DNA of 64,000 bases, taken from assembly GCF_965221685.1 (NCBI RefSeq), contig NZ_OZ244907.1, one strand, 5' to 3'. The translations under genes were made by a program, and so were the position numbers. How positions within the stretch are numbered: position 1 is the first letter of the stretch; every line of letters starts with the position of its first letter. The DNA comes from Candidatus Palauibacter sp. (GTDB lineage: Bacteria; Gemmatimonadota; Gemmatimonadetes; Palauibacterales; Palauibacteraceae). Positions 29,412 through 38,682 of the stretch are shown one piece after another. The notes beneath the pieces were generated by a model. It was not told the DNA's origin, made no database searches, and was given only the letters and a program-made list of their open reading frames with translations.

Positions 29412-32400
29412 TCAAAAGCGACGGGGGCCCAGCCCGCCGCCACCGAAACCGCCCTGGCCGTCCTGCGTCTGCTGGTCGTAGTCGAACTTGAGATCGGGCG
29501 CATCCATGAGGCTGACGCTCATCTGGAAGATGAAGTTGCCGTTCGGCGAGCGGGCGAACATGAAGGTCGCGACCCAGCGGTGCAGTGCGCGGTCGAGCGT
29601 GATGAGGTGCTCCCCGAATTCCTTGTTGGTGAGGTTGTAGGTCGTTCGCCAGGCGAGACGCCAGCTCGGCGACGGATTGAGTGAAAGAACCGCGTTGAGC
29701 GACTGCCGGTCCTGCGCGCTCTGCTCCGCCCGGCCGCGCTGCAGCGAATAGGTCAGGGCCAGCGTCCACGGGCCGCCGGCCCGCAGACCGGGATCCGCCG
29801 GATCCGGATTCTCGTCGAAACTCTGCAGCCGGTATCGGGAGTCGGCCGCGTTTCGCAGGCGGTTCTGCGGATCGGCTCCACCCCCGCCGCCCCCGCCGCC
29901 CAGTCCGAGCAACCCGCCGAGACCGCTGGCCGAGCTGAACGTGAAACTGCCCGTCAGGCTCGAAAGGATGGGGGCGAACATCCGCTCCTCTCCGGTGCCG
30001 TCGAACAGGTCGAGAGACATGTTCAGGGACAGCCCCCTGAGCAGATCCGAGTTGATGCGGTGCGACCAGCGGTCCGTCGTCAACGGCGACTCGTTCTCGC
30101 GGGACCAGTCGAAGGTGAGCGGACTCGAATTGATTCCCAGGAGGACGACGTTCCGGCGTGGCTGCGCGCGACGCGGCGCATTGGGGTCCCCTGAATCCGG
30201 TCCGGTGCCGGGCACCGCGTCCTGCGGGGCGGCTGCCAGCCCTCTGGCCGCTTCGGCGGGACCCTCTTCGGCCGATTCCACCTCCGGCGCCTGCACTCCG
30301 GCCGAATCGCCGGCCGCCGCGAGCGAATCCGCCTCGGGCGTCGCCGCGCCGGACTCCAGGTCGGTCGAATCCGCTTCGAGCGAACGGCCCTCCAGCAGCG
30401 CTTGCGCTTCCGGATCGAGTTCAACTTCCTCGCGCAGCTTGGCTTCGAAGGTCTGGTTCAGGGTGAGGCGAAGCCGGTTTTCCTGCTTGGAATTCGACAC
30501 CGGGAACCCGGGGATCGAAAGCAGGGAATCGGAGGCTTCCACGGCGGGCGAATAGTCGTAGTGAAAGCGCGGCGAGACCTTGTGACGGATCCGCTCGAAC
30601 GGGCCGACGCCGGGCAGGAACCCGTAGAGATCGGTGGACACCGCGGCTCCGAAGCGGAGGCGCGTCGGCGCGGTGATGAACTCTCCGTTCGTGTCGTCCG
30701 ACTGAAACCGGCTCGCGTCGACGCTCAGCGTGGGACGAAGCGTCGTGCTCCCGATGAGGTCGATCTGGTATTCCGCCTGCGCCCCGTAGTCCAGTTTCGA
30801 AACGCTCCCGGGCGCTGCGGACGCCGTGGTGTCGGCGCCGGGCATCGGCTGGAATGGAAGTACGGTGTTCCGGTTGAAGTTCGTTCGTCCGCTGACCCCG
30901 AAGGAGCCGATGCGGATGGCGCTGTTCGCGGACGCAACCTCGGTTCTCTTGCCGTCGTCCTCTTCCTGGGTCCGGTCGAGGCGCGAAGCGGAGAAGGCGC
31001 CGTTGACGACGATATTGTTGAACGGCCCGCTGCGGTTGCTGGGTGCGCGGAAGAGGGTCAGGGGCGAGAAGGTCATCTGAAGCTTGGGCAGCGTGAGATC
31101 CGTCCGCCCCTTCTGCGCCCCCAGGTCCTGGCGCCGGCTTCCGCTCACGTTGACGGACGCGAAGGGGAACCGGTGCTGGACTCCGACGTCCGACGCGATT
31201 CGTTGCGTCTGTACCGTCGGGTCGAAGGTCTGACGCTCGAATACGCTGGTGTTCGAGACGAAGTTGGCGTTGACCCGTATGTCCGTGACGGGAGTCAACT
31301 CGTGATTGTGGCGCATCTGAAACTGCAGGGTCTTCTCGTTCCCGAAACTGTAGCTCGCGATGACGTTGCCCCGGAAGAACTTCTTGATCGAGCGGTATCG
31401 GAAGGCTCCGTTGAGGCGCGTGAACCGTCCGCTGAACCAGTCGGCCGTCGCCTGCGCGTCCATGAAATCGTTCCCGGCGAAGTAATACCCGAAGTCGGTG
31501 ATGCTCCGCCGGGCGTTGCTTGAGGACGCCACGACATCGTTGAACCCGAAACGCGGGGGCAGAAAGCCGCTCCTGCGTTCCTCCCGAATGTCCTGCGCAA
31601 AGAAGGGAAGCCAGGCGACGGGCACGTTCTGGATGTAGAGGGTCACGGGCCACGCCACGACGATGTCGTCCGATACGACCTTGATCTGTCCGGCGCGGAA
31701 GTAGTAGTGCGGCTCCTCGAGGTCGCACGAGGTGAAGTTTCCGGTTTCGACGAAGGCGGTGCCGGAGCCCCGCAGGGTCATGAGCCCCCTGATGAACCAG
31801 TCGGCGCCCTGTTGGGCGAACGACGTTCGCGCATCCGCGACGGTGCCCTTGGTGGCGGAGACATCGTAGTTCAGACACTCGTCGGAGATCACGTTCTCCC
31901 CTTCCCCGGAGAGCGAGATGTTCCCGCACCCCCTCACGAACTGCAGACCCGCCTCGTAGGTGATCGTGTCCGCATCGATCGTGGACTGCTCGTACATGAC
32001 CTGTGCCTCTCGATTGAGCTGCACACGCTGCCGGTCGACATCCAGCTCGACGCCGCGCCCCTGATATTGGATGACCTGATAGCCCGGCTCCCCGAGGAGC
32101 TGTCCGAAGATGTCGTCCTGTTGAGGGAACGGCGGGTCCGCCGGAGCGGTATCGACGGTGTCGGCGACGGCCGAGTCCGCGGCCGCTACGGCGCTCGAGT
32201 CGCCGGCCGCTACCGAGTCGTCGACTGCAGCGGAGTCACCGGTCGCCGCGGAATCGCCGGCCGGCGTTGAATCCGCCACGGGCACATCCAGTGTATCCCG
32301 CGCGGTGGAATCCCGGGGCACGGAGTCCTGCGGGAGGGAGTCTCGCCCCACAACCACGACCGTGTCGGTATCCGCGCGGGCCGTGAACTCGAGGGGGCGG

Positions 32401-32480
32401 GCACCGGCGGGCGCGGCGCGCGCGGTTTCGGTTGCGCCGAGGCCGCCGAGCAGGGCCGCCAGCGCCAGGAGCGTGCGCAG
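29412..32480 (-). CDS. lptD: LPS assembly protein LptD-like outer membrane protein
   Basis: Signal peptide, jellyroll with FTSCDL..PHY.F, RRSGFL.P.FG, beta-barrel-like strands and a C-terminal Phe. The start codon is unclear (~32480). Confidence 0.8.
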   Translation of the reverse strand: MRTLLALAALLGGLGATETARAAPAGARPLEFTARADTDTVVVVGRDSLPQDSVPRDSTARDTLDVPVADSTPAGDSAATGDSAAVDDSVAAGDSSAVAAADSAVADTVDTAPADPPFPQQDDIFGQLLGEPGYQVIQYQGRGVELDVDRQRVQLNREAQVMYEQSTIDADTITYEAGLQFVRGCGNISLSGEGENVISDECLNYDVSATKGTVADARTSFAQQGADWFIRGLMTLRGSGTAFVETGNFTSCDLEEPHYYFRAGQIKVVSDDIVVAWPVTLYIQNVPVAWLPFFAQDIREERRSGFLPPRFGFNDVVASSSNARRSITDFGYYFAGNDFMDAQATADWFSGRFTRLNGAFRYRSIKKFFRGNVIASYSFGNEKTLQFQMRHNHELTPVTDIRVNANFVSNTSVFERQTFDPTVQTQRIASDVGVQHRFPFASVNVSGSRRQDLGAQKGRTDLTLPKLQMTFSPLTLFRAPSNRSGPFNNIVVNGAFSASRLDRTQEEDDGKRTEVASANSAIRIGSFGVSGRTNFNRNTVLPFQPMPGADTTASAAPGSVSKLDYGAQAEYQIDLIGSTTLRPTLSVDASRFQSDDTNGEFITAPTRLRFGAAVSTDLYGFLPGVGPFERIRHKVSPRFHYDYSPAVEASDSLLSIPGFPVSNSKQENRLRLTLNQTFEAKLREEVELDPEAQALLEGRSLEADSTDLESGAATPEADSLAAAGDSAGVQAPEVESAEEGPAEAARGLAAAPQDAVPGTGPDSGDPNAPRRAQPRRNVVLLGINSSPLTFDWSRENESPLTTDRWSHRINSDLLRGLSLNMSLDLFDGTGEERMFAPILSSLTGSFTFSSASGLGGLLGLGGGGGGGGADPQNRLRNAADSRYRLQSFDENPDPADPGLRAGGPWTLALTYSLQRGRAEQSAQDRQSLNAVLSLNPSPSWRLAWRTTYNLTNKEFGEHLITLDRALHRWVATFMFARSPNGNFIFQMSVSLMDAPDLKFDYDQQTQDGQGGFGGGGLGPRRF

Positions 32481-32482
32481 CC

Positions 32483-33280
32483 TCAGGTCGAACTTCCTTC
32501 CCCCGATGCCCCCTCGGCTGCCCGCTCCTCCCGCCGCCGCCGGAGCACGCGGGTCATGATCACGGAAATCTCGTAGAGGAACATCATCGGCAGCATCATC
32601 GCGAGCATCGTGTACGGGTCGGCGGGCGTGAGGAACGCCGAGACCACGGCCATCACCACGATCGCGTGACGCCGGTACTTCGCGAGCCCCTCCGGCGTCA
32701 CGATCCCGAGCAGCGACAGGAACACGAGAACGACCGGAAGCTCGAAGATGATCCCGAACGCCAAAATCAGCTTGACCGCAAAGTTCAGATATTCGCTGAT
32801 CATGATGACGGGGTTGAGCTGCTCGCTGAAGAAGTTCAGCAGGATCCTGAGTCCGAGCGGCAGGACCAGGAAGTACGCCATGGAGATGCCGGCGATGAAG
32901 AGGATGGTTCCGGAGGCGATCGCCGGGATGGCGAACTTGCGCTCGCTCTCGTACAGAGCCGGCGAGAGGAAGCCCCAGGCCTGCCAGGCGAGGTAGGGGA
33001 AGGCCGCGAGGAGGCCCACGATGAATCCGAGCTTCAGGATGATGACGAACGGGGTCGTCGGACTCGAGAAGTTCAGGTTCTCGCCGGGGAGGAGTTCCGC
33101 GATCGGCCGCTCGACGATGCCGAGCACGTCCCATTGCGTGACGGCCACGAGCCCGATGACGAGCCCGACGAGAAGCGCGATGAGCGCTCGGATCAGGCGA
33201 GTGCGAAGCTCATCCAGGTGATCCAGGAAGGGCATCTCCGCCTGATCGGTCGCACCCTGGGTTTGTCGCCGCAGCCTCAT
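32483..33280 (-). CDS. tatC: Twin-arginine translocase TatC
   Basis: MPFLDHLDELR.RL, F.SPALY..E, FELP, TPAD and LYE. Confidence 0.96.
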   Translation of the reverse strand: MRLRRQTQGATDQAEMPFLDHLDELRTRLIRALIALLVGLVIGLVAVTQWDVLGIVERPIAELLPGENLNFSSPTTPFVIILKLGFIVGLLAAFPYLAWQAWGFLSPALYESERKFAIPAIASGTILFIAGISMAYFLVLPLGLRILLNFFSEQLNPVIMISEYLNFAVKLILAFGIIFELPVVLVFLSLLGIVTPEGLAKYRRHAIVVMAVVSAFLTPADPYTMLAMMLPMMFLYEISVIMTRVLRRRREERAAEGASGEGSST

Positions 33281-33789
33281 CGGCCCTGGTCACCTCCTGC
33301 CGAGAACAGATCGACCTGCCCCGCCGCGCTGTGCCCGGCTCGTCGCAGCAGTTGTCGCACTTCTTCCATGAACTCCGTGGTGTCCTGGAAGTTCCGATAC
33401 ACGCTGGCGAAGCGCACGTACGCAACCTGGTCCAGCGCGCGGAGCCGCTCCATGACGAGTTCTCCCAGCCGCAAGCTCGCGATGTCCCGCAGGTCCTCGG
33501 CCGCCAGCTGTTCCTCGACTTCATCCACAAGAAACTCGATATCGCGGTTCGACACGGGCCGCTTCGCGCAGGCCACGCGGATGGAGGCGAGAAGCTTCCC
33601 GCGATCGTACGTCTCCGAGCCACCGTCCTTCTTCATGACGAGCAGGGGCTCTTCCTCGGCCTGCTCGTAGGTCGTGAAGCGTTCGCCGCAGGAGAGGCAC
33701 TCGCGCCGGCGGCGGATGGCCCGGCCGCCGCGACTCGTGCGGGAGTCGACGACCCGCGCTTCCGGATGGTTACAGCGGGGACACTGCAC
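33277..33789 (-). CDS. nrdR: Transcriptional repressor NrdR
   Basis: CPRC...V.DSR, IRRRREC..C..RFTTYE, ATP cone and AYVRFASVY. Confidence 0.97.
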   Translation of the reverse strand: MQCPRCNHPEARVVDSRTSRGGRAIRRRRECLSCGERFTTYEQAEEEPLLVMKKDGGSETYDRGKLLASIRVACAKRPVSNRDIEFLVDEVEEQLAAEDLRDIASLRLGELVMERLRALDQVAYVRFASVYRNFQDTTEFMEEVRQLLRRAGHSAAGQVDLFSAGGDQGR

Positions 33790-33812
33790 GGTAGCTTGCC
33801 GTCACCGGGCGA

Positions 33813-34613
33813 CTAGCCGCCCAGTCTCTCGCGTTCCCGGCGGGCCTCCGGCGCCTCGGGGCTGTTCGGATAGCCGGTCTCGATCTGGGCGAACAACCGC
33901 CGCGCGACCGCCGTGTTGCCCCGTCCCGCTTCGATCATCCCTCGGCGGAAGAGCGCCGCGGGAGCCCGGCTCGAATCCGGATAGAGTTCCGTCACTCGAC
34001 GGTACTCCTCGAGCGCACTGCCGGGATCCTCCGCGTCCTCATAGGTGCGCGCCACCCAATACTGGGCATCGGGCGCGAACTCGTGGCCGCCGTAGACGGC
34101 GAGGAAATCGCGGAAGGCGTCGCGCGCGGTCTCGATGTTGCCGCGCTGGTACATGTCGAGCGCCAACGCGTAGTACTGGGACGCCTCGTTCGACCCGGAC
34201 GCGGCGGAGGCGTCGGGGTTCGACTCGGCGCCGACCGGACCCGCGGCGGGCGGGCCCGCGCCCGCCGGTCCCGGGAAGCTCATCGGCGAGGGGGCGCCGA
34301 GGCGACGCTGATTCTCGTAGATGTCGTTGAGCAGCTGGTTGTTCTGGGCGGACATCTCGATGAGCTGCTCGAAGAGACCCTCGATCCGTTGGATCAGCCG
34401 GTCGAGTTCACCCCGACCCGTCGTCTCCCGGCGCTCGCTCGAACTCTCGATCGATTCCAGGTCCGCCTGAACCGCCTCGGCCAGCTGGCGCTGACTCTCG
34501 GCGAGAGCTGCGATGTCGTCCCGAAGGGCGTCTCCCATCGTCTCGACATCGCCCCGGGACGCGCAGGCGGCGGCCGCAACGCCCAACAGCACGGCGACCG
34601 CCGCATTCCGCAT
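33813..34613 (-). CDS. cpoB: Tol-Pal system protein CpoB/YbgF
   Basis: Lipobox AAAC, coiled coil, and TPRs with A.YW and YP.S..AP.AL. Directly after pal. Confidence 0.88.
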   Translation of the reverse strand: MRNAAVAVLLGVAAAACASRGDVETMGDALRDDIAALAESQRQLAEAVQADLESIESSSERRETTGRGELDRLIQRIEGLFEQLIEMSAQNNQLLNDIYENQRRLGAPSPMSFPGPAGAGPPAAGPVGAESNPDASAASGSNEASQYYALALDMYQRGNIETARDAFRDFLAVYGGHEFAPDAQYWVARTYEDAEDPGSALEEYRRVTELYPDSSRAPAALFRRGMIEAGRGNTAVARRLFAQIETGYPNSPEAPEARRERERLGG

Positions 34614-35258
34614 CTAGATGTCTCCGTCCGTGATGACGAACTCGCCGCGACGGTTCTGCCGCCACGCCGACTCGTTGCTCCCCCGTGCCAGCGGCATCTC
34701 CTCTCCGAACGTCACGACGTCGAAGCGGCTGGCGTCCAGCCCCAGGTTGGAGAGATAGTCGACCGCGGCCTGGGCCCTTCTCAGGCCGAGCGCCTGGTTG
34801 TACTCCAGGGAGCCCCGCTCGTCGCAATGGCCCTCGACCCGGAGGCGGATGTCGGATCGATCCCGCAGCGCGTCCGCCTTGCTCTGCAGAATCGCGGCGG
34901 CCGCGTCGGTGATGGCGGATTCGTTGTAGTCGAAGTGAATCCGCGCAACGATCGCCTCGCCCGCCATGGCGCGCTCGATGTCCGCGGGCGCGGACTCCGC
35001 GCACGTCGTGCCCGGATAATCGCTTACGGCCTGCTCGAGCAATCGGCGAGCGGTCGCGTAATCGCCCTCCTCCATGGCCGCCATCGCCTGATCGCAGAGC
35101 CGGGCTGCCGCCGCCTCGCGCTGCGCACTGTCATCCACGGCCGGGGGCGGAGGGGGTGGCGGCGGCGGCGGTACCGGCTCCGGTTCCGGGTTGCCGCTAC
35201 ACGCAGTCGCCAGAAGTGCCACGAGAAGAATGGGAGCGAATCGGTGGCTCAGCTTCAT
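34614..35258 (-). CDS. pal: Peptidoglycan-associated lipoprotein with extra helical domain
   Basis: Lipobox ATAC, poly-Pro, and OmpA-like domain IHFDY..S, EGHCDERGS.EYN.ALG.RRA, NRR.EF. Confidence 0.92.
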   Translation of the reverse strand: MKLSHRFAPILLVALLATACSGNPEPEPVPPPPPPPPPPAVDDSAQREAAAARLCDQAMAAMEEGDYATARRLLEQAVSDYPGTTCAESAPADIERAMAGEAIVARIHFDYNESAITDAAAAILQSKADALRDRSDIRLRVEGHCDERGSLEYNQALGLRRAQAAVDYLSNLGLDASRFDVVTFGEEMPLARGSNESAWRQNRRGEFVITDGDI

Positions 35259-35409
35259 CGAGGTCTCCTTGTTTACCAGTCGCGGGACGAGAATTCGGCG
35301 AGGACAGGGCAAACGTCGGCGCTGAAAACGCTGACCCGATCCCGGTTTCAACACGGATTCGTAACCTATCGCAGACCCGTCAAGTCGCAACCCGCAGAAC
35401 GACCGGGGG

Positions 35410-36762
35410 TCATGAGCCGGGCGGGATGGGGGGCGACCAATCCGGGAGACCGTCGAGCCGTCCCGCGGTGAGGGGCCGGGACCTCCCCGTGAAGACATCG
35501 AGGATCCAGACGGTCGAGCCCTGGGCGTCGATCGACGAAAAGACGAGATGACGGCCGTCGGGCGCCCAGCTGGGATCCTCGCTCTCGCCGCGCCGGGTCA
35601 GCATGCGCCGGTCGGTGCCATCCGGGTTCACCGTGAAGATCTGCCAGCGGCGGTCGCTCAGGGCGGAATACGCGATCCGGTCGCCGTTGGGCGACCAGTC
35701 CGGGCCGGCCGCGTTGGTGTCCTCCCGCGGGTGGTAGATGCTGATGCGGCGGGCCGGGCCTCCCGAGACGCGACGGACGTAGACCTGCTGCTCGTTGGCC
35801 GGATCGGCCTCGTACGCGAACGACTCCCCATCCGGCGAAAAGCTGGGGTTCAGCGACTGGACCCGGCCATCGGTCAGCTGCTCGCCCCCCTCGACCATGA
35901 TGCGCGCGGTTCCGCCCACGCCTTCTGCGTACGCCAAACGTCCGTCCGGCGTCCATGTCGGCGTCTGAATGAGCCTCCCCGAGGCTACCGTGCGACGGCT
36001 GCCGGTGATGAGATTCATCTCCACGAGCGAGAAGTACCCCGTCTCATCCTGGATCGTGTACGCGATCCGGGTGGCGTCCGGCGAGAAGGCGGGCGAGAAG
36101 ACGTTGCGCCCTCCGGTGTCGATCCGCTGCGGGTTCCGGCCGTCGCTGTCGATGAGCAGGAGGTAGGACGACCCGTCGCCATCCCTCCGGCGCAGTGCGA
36201 TCCGCGTCGCGGCGATGCCGCGCTGGCCTCCCGTCGCCCAGAAGACGATCCGGTCGGAGATCCGGTGGACCGACATTCGGAAATCGGCCGCATCCATCGG
36301 GGGCAGCGTGAAAGCCTGGACGTTCTCGAGGTTTCCGTACACGACGTCGTGCAGGCTGACTCTGAGGAGCGGAGTCTGCGTCCCCGGCGCGACGGAGATC
36401 TCCGAGGTGACGAACCACACGGCCCCGAGCTGGTTCCAGAGCGCGTAGTTCGGGGTGCCGCTCATTGGGAGCGTGTCGGGCACCGCGAGGATCTCGAACC
36501 GGTCGGAATAGTCGAGGTCCGTGCGAAGAATCTCGCCGACCGCCGCCCCCAGCTCCTCGAATCCGGCGCTCGCGGAGACGGGCGCCACGACCATGCCCGG
36601 CACGTAGCGGGCCTCGTAGGTGAGGCCCAGGCGGAGCGCCCCGCCCTCCTGACCTCCCAGCGGCGATCCGACCGCCGCCGCGGCCAGCACCAGCCCCGCG
36701 GCGGCGAACCGGGGGCGTCCCCCGGCGGCACGGCGTCGACGAAAGATCCACGGCCGGTCCAT
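35410..36762 (-). CDS. tolB: TolB-like beta-propeller protein
   Basis: TolB_N-like DL.YS.RF, then repeated PD40 units (P.FSPD, P.WSPNG, PSWAPDG). Tol-Pal synteny. Confidence 0.88.
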   Translation of the reverse strand: MDRPWIFRRRRAAGGRPRFAAAGLVLAAAAVGSPLGGQEGGALRLGLTYEARYVPGMVVAPVSASAGFEELGAAVGEILRTDLDYSDRFEILAVPDTLPMSGTPNYALWNQLGAVWFVTSEISVAPGTQTPLLRVSLHDVVYGNLENVQAFTLPPMDAADFRMSVHRISDRIVFWATGGQRGIAATRIALRRRDGDGSSYLLLIDSDGRNPQRIDTGGRNVFSPAFSPDATRIAYTIQDETGYFSLVEMNLITGSRRTVASGRLIQTPTWTPDGRLAYAEGVGGTARIMVEGGEQLTDGRVQSLNPSFSPDGESFAYEADPANEQQVYVRRVSGGPARRISIYHPREDTNAAGPDWSPNGDRIAYSALSDRRWQIFTVNPDGTDRRMLTRRGESEDPSWAPDGRHLVFSSIDAQGSTVWILDVFTGRSRPLTAGRLDGLPDWSPPIPPGS

Positions 36763-37476
36763 TCAGCGATCGCTCGGATCGAAGAAGAACGAGACGGCGA
36801 GCGCGTCGGCCGGAAAGTCGTCGGGGAGCGGGCCGAAGGCCCGGTCGCGGCCCGCGGATTCCACGGCTCCCATGGCCTGGGTATCGAAGATCAGGCTCCC
36901 GGACCTCGCCACCCACTCGAAGCCCGTCACCCGCCCGTCCCGGTGGATGATGAAGTAGACCTCGGCCCGAAGCTCGCGCGCCCCGACAGGGGGCCGCCAG
37001 CGGCGCTGGATCTGGCGGATGATGTTCTCGGTGTACTCAGGCCAGGCCGAGGCTTCGCCGGCGATCCGGATCGTCCGCACTTCCTCTCCGACTTCCTCGG
37101 TCCGCGCGGGTTCCGGCTCCGGCTCGCGTTCAACCTCAACCTCGGCCTCCACGGTGGGCGTCTCCACCTGCGGCACCGGATCGGGCGTCGGTTCCGGGGG
37201 AGGCGGCCGGTTCTCCTCTTCCGCGACCTCGGGCGGCGACGGATCGACGCGGATCGGCGCATCCTCCGGAGCGAACTCGACCATGTTCACCCGCACCGCC
37301 GCAGGCATTTCGGGCGGGCGTATCGCCGCGTCGCCGAACAGGACGAGAACGAGCAGACCCCCGTGGACCAGGAGCGAGCCGTACACGGCCCGCCTGGGCG
37401 GTCGGCCGTGACGCTGCGGCCCTCCGCGCCGCCATGCGCGCCAACGCCCGGCTTCCACCCCTCCGTACGGAGTCAT
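36763..37476 (-). CDS. tolA: TolA/TonB C-terminal domain protein
   Basis: TM helix with S..VH motif, Pro/Glu-rich linker, and I.R.W..P, F.I.RDG, SG...FD. Confidence 0.75.
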   Translation of the reverse strand: MTPYGGVEAGRWRAWRRGGPQRHGRPPRRAVYGSLLVHGGLLVLVLFGDAAIRPPEMPAAVRVNMVEFAPEDAPIRVDPSPPEVAEEENRPPPPEPTPDPVPQVETPTVEAEVEVEREPEPEPARTEEVGEEVRTIRIAGEASAWPEYTENIIRQIQRRWRPPVGARELRAEVYFIIHRDGRVTGFEWVARSGSLIFDTQAMGAVESAGRDRAFGPLPDDFPADALAVSFFFDPSDR

Positions 37477-37898
37477 GGGCGGCGAAGGCTCGGGTCCGGA
37501 TCCGTGACCATGTTCAGCACGCCTCCGGCCTGCTGAATCCGACCCATCACCCGGGTCGCCTGCCGAAGGGCGAGGTCGCCATCCGCCTTCAGGTACACCG
37601 CGTCCGACTCGAAGCGATCCAGCGCCAACGCGAGCGTAGCGTCGAACTCCTCCAGCGTCACCGGTACGTCGTCCAGGTAGATCTGCCCGTCCGCGTCGAT
37701 CGAGACCACGAGCGCATCGGAAGCGCTGAGAGGCGCGGAGAGGCCCTCCGGCAGATCGATTTCGATGCCGCCCTGGAGAATGGGCGCCGTGATCATGAAG
37801 ATGATGAGGAGGGTGAACGCGACGTCGACCAGGCTCGTGACGTTGATCTCCGCCACGACGCCGATCCCGTCGGCCTGCTGCGTAAAGCGCCTCTTCAT
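37473..37898 (-). CDS. tolR: TolR/ExbD biopolymer transport protein
   Basis: EINVTSLVDV..TLLIIFMITAP and L.AD. Confidence 0.88.
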   Translation of the reverse strand: MKRRFTQQADGIGVVAEINVTSLVDVAFTLLIIFMITAPILQGGIEIDLPEGLSAPLSASDALVVSIDADGQIYLDDVPVTLEEFDATLALALDRFESDAVYLKADGDLALRQATRVMGRIQQAGGVLNMVTDPDPSLRRP

Positions 37899-37932
37899 CC
37901 CGCGCTCCTCGTCCTCCGACCGGGGCCCCGGC

Positions 37933-38682
37933 TCACAGGCGTCCCTCACGCGCGAGCGTCCCCACGAACTCGCTGGCGAACCCCTCCAGTTCTCCCACGA
38001 AGAGACGCAGGCGGGAGGCATAGTGGTTGTACGCGATGACCGCTGGAATCGCGACGGCCAGCCCCGCGACCGTGGTCGTGAGCGCCTCGGCGATGCCGGG
38101 CGCCACCGCCGCGATGTTGGCGGACCCCTGCGACGTGATCCCGATGAACGAGTTCATCACGCCCACGACGGTCCCCATCAGGCCGAGGAGGGGGCTCACG
38201 GAGCCGATGATCGCGAGCCACGGCAGCCCGTGCGCGAGCTCGTCCTTCTCCTCCGAGAGGCTCTTCTCGAGCACCAGCCACAGCGCTTCGAGCTGCGTCG
38301 GGCTCAACCCGTCCCCGACGTGCGTGGTCTCGAGCGCGCCCGGCCGCAGTTCGGAGAAGAAGGCGATCCCCTCGCGGAACACTCGTCTGAAGGGGGAATC
38401 GTCCAGCTCCGACAGCGCGTCGTTGAGATCCACGAGGCCGTTGGCCCCGGCCATCGCGAACACGAAGTCATCCGCCCGCGCGTTCACGGCGCGCAACTCG
38501 CGGAACTTCCAGATGATGAGGACCCAGGACACGAGCGAGAAGGCGGCGAGCACGGTGAGGATGATCTTCGTGGGCAGGGTCGCACCCAGGATCATGTCGA
38601 GGGGGGAATCGATCACGCGAGCAGAGAGATCCTGCACGATCTCCAGACCCCCTCCGACCCCGATCCCGATACCCGCCATCAC
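37933..38682 (-). CDS. tolQ: TolQ/ExbB proton channel protein
   Basis: SPLLGL.GTV.G.M.SF and VAPGIAEAL.TT.AGL.VAIPA...YN. Confidence 0.9.
   Translation of the reverse strand: MMAGIGIGVGGGLEIVQDLSARVIDSPLDMILGATLPTKIILTVLAAFSLVSWVLIIWKFRELRAVNARADDFVFAMAGANGLVDLNDALSELDDSPFRRVFREGIAFFSELRPGALETTHVGDGLSPTQLEALWLVLEKSLSEEKDELAHGLPWLAIIGSVSPLLGLMGTVVGVMNSFIGITSQGSANIAAVAPGIAEALTTTVAGLAVAIPAVIAYNHYASRLRLFVGELEGFASEFVGTLAREGRL

Noticed and set aside
29385-29415. TTGACA overlapping the lptD stop as an internal promoter
   Set aside because: The hexamer 17 bp downstream (GACATT) is a poor -10 match, too weak to call.
29412-33134. Apparent 1240-aa LptD, 804-aa MenE, 941-aa CocE and 881-aa receptor as possible fusions
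   Set aside because: The N-terminal extensions are out-of-frame readings of the upstream genes (tatC, menA, ggt, lnt); the real starts lie at the gene junctions.
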